DNA of 64,000 bases. It comes from Gammaproteobacteria bacterium (GTDB lineage Bacteria; Pseudomonadota; Gammaproteobacteria; CBDBNL01; JAAOII01). The stretch lies in contig OZ242292.1 of NCBI GenBank assembly GCA_965207705.1, forward strand, positions 1,545,309-1,609,308, in the 5' to 3' direction. Made by a program: the position numbers and the translations under genes. This document shows, one piece after another, positions 1 to 8,591 of the stretch. The notes below the pieces were generated by a model. The model did not search any database, had not been told where the DNA came from, and saw only the letters and a list, made by a program, of their open reading frames with translations. Numbering within the stretch: position 1 is the stretch's first letter; each line of letters begins with the position of its first letter.

Positions 1-17
1 AAAGCACAGAAGAAGGG

Positions 18-1604
18 ATGGATACATCTTTCAAATATTCTGAAAAAACAAAAAAATATGAAACAGAAAAATCTAAAAGAAAAGAAATATTTTTTAATCA
101 AATTATAGCTTCAGATGAAATTGATCGTCTATTCGATGAAAAAGCATTAGTCAACTGGAAAAGGTACATTAAAAATAGTGAAGAAATAGGTGAAGAAACA
201 GTTAAAGAAATAAAGCGCGATGAGAACGGAACAATAAAAGAGAACTTAATAATTAAGGGCAATAATTTATTGGCACTTCATAGTATAAATAAACAATTTG
301 CAGACAAAGTAAAGCTCATTTATATAGATCCACCGTATAACACAGGAAAAGATGGGTTTAAGTATAATGATAAATTTAATCATTCTACTTGGCTAACTTT
401 TATGAAAAACAGGTTGGAAGTAGCAAGGAGGTTATTACGAGATAATGGAGTTATATTTATTTCGGTTGACGATAGAGAGTTTGCATATTTAAAAATACTG
501 TGTGATGAAATTTTTGGACGAGAAAATTTCTTGAATGATGTTATTTGGAATTCTACGAAGTCAGTCACTAATACAGCAATTATTTCGGTTTCACATACTC
601 ATAATTTAGTATATTTCAAAAATAAAGATTACTATATAAAAAATAGAACAGAATTTAGGCTGGTTGAGGATGGTGAAGGTTTTTTTAATCCAGATGATGA
701 TCCTAGGGGTGTTTGGAAAGCTGATCCATTTCAAGTAGGTGGGTGGCGGCCTAATCAACAATATGAAATAAAAAACCCGAATACGGGAATTATTTATACA
801 CCAAACAAAGGTTGTAGCTGGAAAAATGATTATAAAAAATTTCAGGAATTGGTGGCTGACAATAGAATAGTTTTCGGTGCTAGAGGCACTGCTAGTCCGC
901 AAAGGAAAAGATTTTTATTTGAATCGGAAAAAAGAGGAAAGGTTTCAAAAACTATATGGGATGATGCTGGTACAACTACAGATGGAACAAGGCATCTCAA
1001 GCAATTATTTAATGAAATAGTTTTTGATAATCCAAAACCAGAACAATTTATTGAAAAAATTATTGAATTGGCTACTAATGAATATGACATTGTCTTAGAC
1101 TATCATCTAGGAAGTGGTACAACCGCCTCTGTAGCACACAAAATGGGCAGGCAATATATTGGGATAGAGCAAATGGACTATATAAAAAACATTGCTTGTG
1201 AAAGATTAAAAAAGGTTCTAAATGGTGAGCAAGGGGGAATTTCAAAATCAGTGAATTGGCAAGGAGGCGGAGATTTTATTTACCTTGAACTAGCTAAATG
1301 GAACGAACAAGCAAAAGAGAAAATTAAAGCTTGCAAGAGTTTAAAAGAATTAGAGAAAGTTTTTAATTCTCTCTATGAAAAATATTTTCTTAATTATAAT
1401 CTAAAACTTCAAGAGTTTAAAGAAAAAATTATAAAAGAAGATAATTTTAATAAATTATCATTAGAGAAACAGAAGGAAATATTTTCAGAAATATTAGACC
1501 TTAACCAAATGTATGTTCAGAAAACGGAGATGGCTGATCAAAAATTTGAGATTAGCAAGGAGGATCAAGAATTAACTAAAAAATTTTATAATAGCGAAAA
1601 ATAG
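18..1604 (+). CDS. mod: Type III restriction-modification methyltransferase (Mod subunit), N6-adenine class. The ORF is open to the window start, so it may be 5'-truncated.
   Basis: DPPY motif (IYIDPPYNTGKDGFKYNDKF) and an FxGxG-like SAM motif (LDYHLGSGTTA) in beta-class order. It lies immediately upstream of a helicase-like Res gene. The region is AT-rich. Confidence 0.85.
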   Translation: MDTSFKYSEKTKKYETEKSKRKEIFFNQIIASDEIDRLFDEKALVNWKRYIKNSEEIGEETVKEIKRDENGTIKENLIIKGNNLLALHSINKQFADKVKLIYIDPPYNTGKDGFKYNDKFNHSTWLTFMKNRLEVARRLLRDNGVIFISVDDREFAYLKILCDEIFGRENFLNDVIWNSTKSVTNTAIISVSHTHNLVYFKNKDYYIKNRTEFRLVEDGEGFFNPDDDPRGVWKADPFQVGGWRPNQQYEIKNPNTGIIYTPNKGCSWKNDYKKFQELVADNRIVFGARGTASPQRKRFLFESEKRGKVSKTIWDDAGTTTDGTRHLKQLFNEIVFDNPKPEQFIEKIIELATNEYDIVLDYHLGSGTTASVAHKMGRQYIGIEQMDYIKNIACERLKKVLNGEQGGISKSVNWQGGGDFIYLELAKWNEQAKEKIKACKSLKELEKVFNSLYEKYFLNYNLKLQEFKEKIIKEDNFNKLSLEKQKEIFSEILDLNQMYVQKTEMADQKFEISKEDQELTKKFYNSEK

Positions 1605-1630
1605 AATATGTCAAACATCAGTGATTCATA

Positions 1631-4483
1631 ATGCCAGATATTAAATATTTATACGAGATAATTGAGGGTAAAGCACGCAAATTAAGGATTCTACAACCTG
1701 AAATACCAAAATATATTTTAGAGAATTTAAGACATGGTTTTTTTGAGTGGCAACAAGAAGCTTTTGATAATTTTTTACTTTATCAGGAGATAAAAAAAAT
1801 AGAGGATCCCAATTCCTACACTCATCTGATGTTTAATATGGCTACTGGATCTGGTAAGACCATGTTGATGGCAGCTGCTATTCTTTATTATTATGAACAA
1901 GGATATAGACACTTTTTATTTTTTGTGAATCAAAATAATATTTTAGATAAAACTATAAGTAACTTTATCAATAGCACCCACACTAAACATCTTTATACAA
2001 ATCCAATTTTTATTGATAACGCAACTATTTCAATCAAGGAAGTAGAGGTATTTAGTGATAATCCACAAGGTATAGAAATTAAATTTGCTACTATTCAACA
2101 ACTATATTACGATATACATACTGAACAAGAAAATAAGACAACTCTGGATACCCTACATAAAAAAGATATTATCATGCTTGCTGATGAAGCACATCATCTT
2201 AATGCTAACACAAAAAACATTACTATAATAGAAGATTTTTTTGACAAAGAGTTAAAAGGTTCTAAAGCAGAAAAAGAAAAAAAGGGCTGGGAACATACAG
2301 TTATAGAATTTATTCTAAAGAAGAGAAATCCCGGGGATGAAAGGCTCCCCACTCATAATAGGAATGTACTTTTGGAGTTTACTGCTACTATTCCCTCAGA
2401 TTCAGAAGTTATTAAGAAATATAGTGATAAAGTAATTTATAAATTTGAGTTAGTGGAGTTTCTAAAGAAAGGATTTACTAAAGAGATAAATCTGATATCT
2501 TCTACTTTAGATAAAAATGAAAGGATTCTACATGCATTATTATTTAATTGGTATCGGCATAAAATTGCACTTAAGCACGGAGTTATTAATTTTAAACCAG
2601 TAATACTTTTTAGAAGTAAAGAAATTAAAGATTCAAAAATAGATTACGAAGAATTTTTATGCTGGATAGATCGTCTTGAAGAGAAGAACTTTGATTTTCT
2701 TAATAATATTTCTGAAAGAATTATTGAAGATCGTTCAGCAGATTTTTCTAATATAGAAAAATCAGGAACTGAAAAAATTTTAGAATTTATTAGAGGTGAG
2801 AATAAAGGTTATAGTGAAGCAATAAAATGGCTAAAAAGTAATTTTATAGAGAGGAATGTAATTATCACCAATTCAGAAACAAATAAAAAGAAAACAGAAG
2901 TAATAACAGCGGAACAGGAAAAGCTTCTTAACAGTTTAGAGGATAAAGAAAATAATATTAGAGGGATCTTTACGGTTAATAGATTAACGGAAGGATGGGA
3001 TGTATTGAATCTTTTTGATATTGTTCGTCTTCATCAAGAAGAAAATTCTGGAGATAATGACACAGAATTTATTGCAGCAACAACTTCAGAGAAACAACTT
3101 ATAGGTAGAGGAGTAAGATATTTTCCTTTTACATATAATGATAAACCTGAAAGACAAAGAAAATTTGATGGTGAACTTGAACATGAACTGCGAATTTTAG
3201 AAGAGTTACACTATTATACTTATGATAAAAAATCACGGTATATTTCCCAGCTTAAAGAAGCACTAAGGAAAGAGGGCCATATGAGAGAAGATAAAGTTGT
3301 TAGAACTTACGAATTAAAGGAAGGTTTTAAAGAAAGCAAATTTTATATGAATACTAAACTTTTTTATAACAAAAAAATAGCTAATCCAAATAGAAAGAAT
3401 AAAAATTTGGACGATATTCCAAAGGATTTTTTTACCCCCTATAGAGTTAAGGATATAGAAATGGCTGAAGAGATAATGGATTATGATTTTCAAGAAAATT
3501 TACAAAAACTAAAATTAAAAGAAAAAGAGCTAATATCAATTAAAAAGAAATTCAAAGATATTGAAAAGCATATTTTTTTGAAGGCGGTAAACATAAAAGC
3601 TAAAGAAGAAAACTCTTTATTTCAGTTTGAAAAATTAAGTGAAGAATTGAATGTAAAAAGTATTGATGATTTGCAAACAAAGATATTAGCAGATTTTCAA
3701 ATAACGATTGTTGCTCCCCAAGGCACTAAATATGAAAACATTGAAGGGAAGGAAAAACTAAATATTGTGCTTATTATTTTACGGCAGATATTTGGAGAAC
3801 TTAAGAAACAAATTGCTCCTGAGATAGGTAGTGATTTTAGGATGAAGAATTTAAAAGATTTTTTCTCCAAACCTAAAAGTAAACTGATAGCAGAAAACAT
3901 AGAAACTAAAAATCTGGAAAATAAATTAAAGCACGCTGATTGGTATGCTTTAAATGCCTTTACTGGAACAAGTGAAGAAGCGAGCATGATTGAGTTTATA
4001 CAAGAAACTGTAGGCGATTTGAATAAGGAATGTGATGAATTCTATCTGTTAAGAAATGAAGAGGTTTATAAAATATATGACTTCAAGACTGCTAGAGGAT
4101 TTTGCCCTGATTTTATATTGTTTTTAAAAAGTAAAGATAAAGGAGAGTTTAAACATAATAAAACAATAACCCGTTCAGAAAAATATTATCAAATTTTTAT
4201 TGAACCTAAAGGTGAACAATTTATTGGTTATGATAATAGTATAGTGGGAGATAGTATTGATAAGAGAACATTCAAAACGGGTAAAGAAGGATGGAAAGAA
4301 GAATTCTTGGAAGAGATATCCAAAAGATATGGATTTAACGAGATTGTAGAAGCAGAGAATCCTAAATATAGATTAATAGGGTTACCTTTCTATAATACAG
4401 ACACAAAATTTAAAGCTATATTTGGAGAAAAATTTGAGGAGGTAGTTGAAGACCTTTCAACTTTTAATAACAGTCCTCAATAG
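1631..4483 (+). CDS. res: Type III restriction enzyme, Res subunit (SF2 helicase-like endonuclease)
   Basis: Walker A-like motif MATGSGKTMLMA and DEAH-like motif LADEAHH in a 950 aa protein, 27 bp downstream of mod in the same orientation. Confidence 0.85.
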   Translation: MPDIKYLYEIIEGKARKLRILQPEIPKYILENLRHGFFEWQQEAFDNFLLYQEIKKIEDPNSYTHLMFNMATGSGKTMLMAAAILYYYEQGYRHFLFFVNQNNILDKTISNFINSTHTKHLYTNPIFIDNATISIKEVEVFSDNPQGIEIKFATIQQLYYDIHTEQENKTTLDTLHKKDIIMLADEAHHLNANTKNITIIEDFFDKELKGSKAEKEKKGWEHTVIEFILKKRNPGDERLPTHNRNVLLEFTATIPSDSEVIKKYSDKVIYKFELVEFLKKGFTKEINLISSTLDKNERILHALLFNWYRHKIALKHGVINFKPVILFRSKEIKDSKIDYEEFLCWIDRLEEKNFDFLNNISERIIEDRSADFSNIEKSGTEKILEFIRGENKGYSEAIKWLKSNFIERNVIITNSETNKKKTEVITAEQEKLLNSLEDKENNIRGIFTVNRLTEGWDVLNLFDIVRLHQEENSGDNDTEFIAATTSEKQLIGRGVRYFPFTYNDKPERQRKFDGELEHELRILEELHYYTYDKKSRYISQLKEALRKEGHMREDKVVRTYELKEGFKESKFYMNTKLFYNKKIANPNRKNKNLDDIPKDFFTPYRVKDIEMAEEIMDYDFQENLQKLKLKEKELISIKKKFKDIEKHIFLKAVNIKAKEENSLFQFEKLSEELNVKSIDDLQTKILADFQITIVAPQGTKYENIEGKEKLNIVLIILRQIFGELKKQIAPEIGSDFRMKNLKDFFSKPKSKLIAENIETKNLENKLKHADWYALNAFTGTSEEASMIEFIQETVGDLNKECDEFYLLRNEEVYKIYDFKTARGFCPDFILFLKSKDKGEFKHNKTITRSEKYYQIFIEPKGEQFIGYDNSIVGDSIDKRTFKTGKEGWKEEFLEEISKRYGFNEIVEAENPKYRLIGLPFYNTDTKFKAIFGEKFEEVVEDLSTFNNSPQ

Positions 4484-4494
4484 AATACATTAGA

Positions 4495-5439
4495 TTATTT
4501 ATATTCTTGCCAATATTTAGGAAGCACTTTTTTGTATAAAATTATTTTGTTGTAAAGCCAGTCAAAGTATTCTTCATATTTAGACTGATCAAATACATCG
4601 GTAACTTCTTTGTATGTTTTTATATTAGAAGAATCATCGTTTAGTTCCCAATTAACTTCTTGGCCTATTTCTTTTTCAATTTTATCACGAATAGAATATA
4701 GGTATTTAAGGAAGTTTAATTTATCCTTAGAAAAATATAACACACACCCTAATCTTTTCTCTTTAAATAAAATCGTAGCGAACATTACACACCCAGAAAA
4801 ACCTATACCTGAGCTGCAAAAATGTTTTGGTATGGGTGTTGACACTTGAATTTTATCTCCATTTTCGTGAATATAATTTGTAAATTCTTGCCAAAAAAAC
4901 AATTGTTTTTCTTGAGTATTAGTTAATTCATTAGACGTATAACTAGAACTTTTAATTGTTTTTGCCCATTCATTAGGGCTTGCTACTATTTCAAATTTAG
5001 GTGCTGGAGGGCTATTCTCTATCCGGTAAACCTTTAACTTTACTAAGAAAAACCCTATTTCCTGATCTGTGTGTTCGTTTAGCCATTTAACAGCTTGTTG
5101 ATGTTCAGAGTTAAAACCCTTAACTATCCAAATAATAATTTTGGCATCATAGCCAGAAGCATAAGTGATTATCTGTCCAAGATGTCTATGATTTGTATTT
5201 TCAAGTTGATTTTCAATTATTATTTTCCTGTCCCCTATATTATCTTTTGCAAGTATATCTACATTATACTTTCCAACACTTGCTTCAGATTCTATAAGTT
5301 CTATATTTAACCCACCTATTTCTTCTCCTAAAATATCAAGGTTTTCTTGCTTTGCAAGCCATGGTGTAAAATTTATCGCCTCATTTGCCCACACCTCTCG
5401 CAAGTCAACTTCTTTTAATATTGATAGTTTTTCATTCAT
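4495..5439 (-). CDS. DUF4268-like protein with an N-terminal PD-(D/E)xK nuclease-like domain; RM/defence-island accessory.
   Basis: The N-terminus (LREVWANEAINFTPWL...VDILAKD...IIIENQLE...HLGQIITYASGYDAKIIIWI) matches my recollection of the DUF4268/NucS-like nuclease family. It is convergent with and adjacent to the type III RM genes. Confidence 0.6.
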   Translation of the reverse strand: MNEKLSILKEVDLREVWANEAINFTPWLAKQENLDILGEEIGGLNIELIESEASVGKYNVDILAKDNIGDRKIIIENQLENTNHRHLGQIITYASGYDAKIIIWIVKGFNSEHQQAVKWLNEHTDQEIGFFLVKLKVYRIENSPPAPKFEIVASPNEWAKTIKSSSYTSNELTNTQEKQLFFWQEFTNYIHENGDKIQVSTPIPKHFCSSGIGFSGCVMFATILFKEKRLGCVLYFSKDKLNFLKYLYSIRDKIEKEIGQEVNWELNDDSSNIKTYKEVTDVFDQSKYEEYFDWLYNKIILYKKVLPKYWQEYK

Positions 5440-5488
5440 TTTAATTAATCTATTGGTTAGGTCTAATTAGCGTTCCCCCTATCTCCCC

Positions 5489-5914
5489 CTAACTTCCGTA
5501 ACGGACTATCCAGTTTATGTCATATTTGTCGGTACATACGCCAAAGTAGGAACTCCAAAAAGAACCTTCTGGTTCCATCTTCATTTCTCCAAAGGGTCTT
5601 TTTATATTGCCGCCTTTTGCTAGGGCTTTGAATATTCTACTTGCTTCTTTTTCGCTATCTGGTTGAATAGTTATGGAGAAGTTATTGGCAGCGGTAACTG
5701 GATGACCCATTGCATCGCTACCCATTAAAACACCATCGCCGATTGGCAGTGATATATGTAGAATTTGATTTAGGGCTTCCTTTGGCATTTTGTCTGAGCC
5801 AGGCATATCTTTAAATCTTTGTAGTTCACTAAAGTTTCCACCAAAGATTGATTTGTAGTACTTGAATGCTTCTTCGGTATTGCCGTTGAAGTTAATATAA
5901 GATTGAATTTTCAT
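5489..5914 (-). CDS. VOC-superfamily protein, PhnB/YjdN-like (3-demethylubiquinone-9 3-methyltransferase-like domain)
   Basis: The N-terminus MKIQSYINFNGNTEEAFKYYKSIFGG is typical of the PhnB-like family, and the size (141 aa) fits. Confidence 0.65.
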   Translation of the reverse strand: MKIQSYINFNGNTEEAFKYYKSIFGGNFSELQRFKDMPGSDKMPKEALNQILHISLPIGDGVLMGSDAMGHPVTAANNFSITIQPDSEKEASRIFKALAKGGNIKRPFGEMKMEPEGSFWSSYFGVCTDKYDINWIVRYGS

Positions 5915-6048
5915 AATAGTATATTATACTAATTATTTCCTTACTTAACGCTTAACATTTTTGTCCGTTTTGCAGACGAGTTCAGGCACTCGTATATGCC
6001 TTTCAGCTATACCCCCTTACCTATACCCCTTATGCTATAATTTTTATT

Positions 6049-6462
6049 ATGAAATTAACTTTGAAAATGGATATGGTGGGAATCATCACAAGCAATTTTG
6101 CTGAGATGAAAGCATTCTATCATGATGTTGTTGGTCTTGAGATTATCTTTGAGATGGAGGGTAATTATGTGGAGTTTAAAATGCCAGGTACACGTTTTGG
6201 TATTTCCACTAATAAAGTCATGGCTGAGTTTACCCGCCATCCCAGCTACAATGAGCTAAAGAAGGGACAGACGTTTGAATTAGCTTTTATTCTTGATACT
6301 CCAGCGCAAGTTGACGAGACATATAAAGAAATACTTGCTAAAGGAGCTAAAGAGGTAGCACAACCAGCTGATATGCCATGGGGACATAGAACAGCTTTTT
6401 TTGCCGACCCAGACGGCAATATTCACGAGCTATTTGCTAGTTTGCCAGAAGAGAATAAGTAA
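6049..6462 (+). CDS. Glyoxalase/bleomycin-resistance (VOC) family protein
   Basis: 137 aa with a VOC-like beta-alpha-beta-beta-beta pattern (GIITSNFAEMKAFYHDVVGLEI ... ADPDGNIHELF). Confidence 0.6.
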   Translation: MKLTLKMDMVGIITSNFAEMKAFYHDVVGLEIIFEMEGNYVEFKMPGTRFGISTNKVMAEFTRHPSYNELKKGQTFELAFILDTPAQVDETYKEILAKGAKEVAQPADMPWGHRTAFFADPDGNIHELFASLPEENK

Positions 6463-6478
6463 GAAATTTATTTTGTTA

Positions 6479-6490
6479 TGGGGGGGGGGG
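6479..6490. repeat. Homopolymeric G tract (about 12 G) in an intergenic region
   Basis: Sequence ...gttatgggggggggggggtatg... between the convergent VOC and Fic/Doc genes. Confidence 0.7.
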
Positions 6491-6536
6491 TATGAAAAAT
6501 ATAACCCCTATAATTTTTTAGAAAGGTCAGCTTTTT

Positions 6537-7115
6537 TTACAATAATAAAGCGCGAATATATGCACTTTTTAGCATATAAACGATTAACCCTATAATTTTA
6601 TCTTTATCTTTAGGTTTGCTTTCTGCGACGGTAAGCGTAATATCGGTCATTGATTGAGATGTTATGCTGGTAATCTCAACACCAGCTTTTTGTAAGAACC
6701 ATATAAAAGCAAAAGTCCCACATCTTTTATTGCCATCTATAAATGGGTGATCTTTCACTATAAAATATAGGAGATGTGCCGCTTTTTCGTTAATGGTCGG
6801 ATAAACATCTTCACCACCTGCTGATTGAAATATACTGCCGACAATCCCTTCTATCCCTTCATTATTTTTGCTTTTGCCAAAAAGCTCTGTCCCTTGTTTT
6901 TTGGCTATGAGATTTTGCTTGAATTCTTCTAAACTCTGGGTTAATTCTTCAGCAGTGAATACAATTTTTTCATTAGGTGTTTTATTGCCTTGAACAATAA
7001 TCTTGTAAATATCTTTTGCTGCTTTATCATAAGCCTCAAGTGCGATCCATGTGTCATAAAATGCATCTGTAATTTGGCTAATATTTAGTTTTTTGTCAGT
7101 TGATTTTTTAACCAT
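6537..7115 (-). CDS. Fic/Doc family protein (Doc-type motif) with an ~90 aa N-terminal extension
   Basis: HPFIDGNKRCG matches the Doc-type variant (HxFx(D/N)GNKR) of the Fic motif. No Phd-like antitoxin ORF is adjacent. Confidence 0.65.
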   Translation of the reverse strand: MVKKSTDKKLNISQITDAFYDTWIALEAYDKAAKDIYKIIVQGNKTPNEKIVFTAEELTQSLEEFKQNLIAKKQGTELFGKSKNNEGIEGIVGSIFQSAGGEDVYPTINEKAAHLLYFIVKDHPFIDGNKRCGTFAFIWFLQKAGVEITSITSQSMTDITLTVAESKPKDKDKIIGLIVYMLKSAYIRALLL

Positions 7116-7179
7116 AATAGTCAGTGAGTTTATGCTGGTTGTAGTACATGGTTTTATTATACTTTATGTGTTAAAAATA

Positions 7180-7290
7180 GTTGCGAGCATGGTTATGGTT
7201 TGTCTCGAGTGTTAGGCATCTTGCGGACGGAGCGCAGCTCCGCCCCTACAGACCTGCGTCGCAAGAATTCATACACCATACGGACGCCAA
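7180..7290 (-). repeat. REP-like composite palindromic element (copy 1, reverse orientation)
   Basis: Contains GCGGACGGAGCGCAGCTCCGCCCCTACAGACCTGCGTCGCAAGAATT and GCGAGCATGGTTATGG, which are reverse complements of the unit seen at 32301, 35275, 43520 and 58374. Confidence 0.8.
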
Positions 7291-7291
7291 G

Positions 7292-8506
7292 TTATATTGC
7301 GTTGGGGATGATTTTGGCGTCGTCGTAGTTTTGGGATAGGCGACTGCGGCAGAATTCTATCATTTCATCATGGGCTGCCTTTTGCATCTGTAGGGCGGAG
7401 TCGGTAGTTATCATTTTATTTACTAAAAAGGGTGCGGTTGGGTAGTGGCGCGACATTGTTGCTGCCATGCTGCGCGGAAATCTTAGAGTGCCAAGGGTTA
7501 TGGAATGCATTGCTTTGTTGGGGACTGCGGCGGCAAGTTGCTCTATTAGTTCGCTGTAGGAATCTTGCCATTTGTCATGCCATATCAATGGGTCTAAACG
7601 CGCTCCAATCTTCCAGTCGCGTTGCGCCAGTTTTTTCATTGCGAGTAATCTTTTGCTTGGAGTTGGTGTGCCTTTTTCATATTGGCGTGCCACTGCATCT
7701 GGCGCCATGCTAAAAGCCACGATGCAATTGGGAATAGCTGTTTGCTGTAATAGAGTTTTGACTTGCAAGCTTTTGGTGCGTAGTTCTAACCAAGCATTTG
7801 GGTGTTTGGCAAAGAAGGGTAGCGCCTCAGCGACAAACTTACTGGTTGGCTCGTAGGCAAGAGAATCACAATCATAGCCAGAGAAGAAAAAGCACTCTTC
7901 ACTTTTTGCCTTTTCTTGTTCGGCTCCTTTTCCATTCGTCCCGCTTTCATTTGCCTCCTTTCCATTTCCTCCATTTTCTTGCCGTGTCTTATTCTTAATA
8001 ACCCTTTTTTCTCCTCCCTTGGACTGTTGCACTTGTTGCACCTGTTTTTCTATTGCCGTGAAGAAGTCCTCGTAGTTGATAAAAATTACATAGTGCGCCG
8101 ATGAATACATTGCTTGTAAAAAGCAATAGCTGCAATCATACATGCAGTTCAGCATGTGTGAGAAGTAAAAATTATGCTTGCCACCTATACCATAAGGGCT
8201 GTGTTGCACCCAATCTTTTTCTTTGCGGGCAATTATCAGGGCGGGATGATTTTTTTGCAGGCGGAAATTATTACGTTTTGGATTGAATATTTCTCGGTAG
8301 TTATCGCACTCAATAACGCAAGGGTTGTTAAATCTTTTGATGATGGCTGCGGCGCGTGGATGATGGCGCACTGATTTTTCGAGGTATATGGTTTGGCGGG
8401 CGGGCATGGACGGGGGTATGGACGCGGGCATAGGCATATCCTCATGCTCATGTTTATTCTCACGCGACTTAATTTCCAGCTCCTCACTCACTTGCTTTGC
8501 ACCCAT
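7292..8506 (-). CDS. Spore-photoproduct-lyase (SplB)-like radical SAM protein, carrying an internal low-complexity insertion.
   Basis: CMYDCSYCFLQAMYSS fits the Cx3Cx2C radical-SAM cluster in an SplB-like context (compare SplB CMGHCHYCYLQT). The N-terminal IYLE...RF region is SplB-like. There is a G/N/K/E-rich insertion of about 45 aa. The true start may be downstream of 8506. Confidence 0.7.
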   Translation of the reverse strand: MGAKQVSEELEIKSRENKHEHEDMPMPASIPPSMPARQTIYLEKSVRHHPRAAAIIKRFNNPCVIECDNYREIFNPKRNNFRLQKNHPALIIARKEKDWVQHSPYGIGGKHNFYFSHMLNCMYDCSYCFLQAMYSSAHYVIFINYEDFFTAIEKQVQQVQQSKGGEKRVIKNKTRQENGGNGKEANESGTNGKGAEQEKAKSEECFFFSGYDCDSLAYEPTSKFVAEALPFFAKHPNAWLELRTKSLQVKTLLQQTAIPNCIVAFSMAPDAVARQYEKGTPTPSKRLLAMKKLAQRDWKIGARLDPLIWHDKWQDSYSELIEQLAAAVPNKAMHSITLGTLRFPRSMAATMSRHYPTAPFLVNKMITTDSALQMQKAAHDEMIEFCRSRLSQNYDDAKIIPNAI

Positions 8507-8516
8507 TTATTTTGAC

Positions 8517-8591
8517 CCATCTGCTTTTCATCCATCTGCTTTTCATCCATCTGCTTTTCATCCATTTACTTTTCATCCATTTACTTTTTGT
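8517..8591. repeat. 15-bp tandem repeat x5 (CCATCTGCTTTTCAT x3, CCATTTACTTTTCAT x2)
   Basis: Direct reading. The array spans the stop codon of the nucleosidase-like gene and lies immediately upstream of the radical-SAM start. Confidence 0.9.

Noticed and set aside
7432-8487. Numerous 60-95-aa ORFs antisense to or nested in the radical-SAM gene (7432..7713, 7572..7856, 7798..7998 and others)
   Set aside because: They overlap a well-supported SplB-like CDS and have low-complexity translations with no motifs.
8517-8591. Possible CRISPR array (short direct repeats), considered here and at 38222..38310, 14416..14510 and 61583..61642
   Set aside because: The repeats are contiguous tandem units of 15-29 bp with no intervening unique spacers, and no cas genes are present. 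They are simple tandem repeats.
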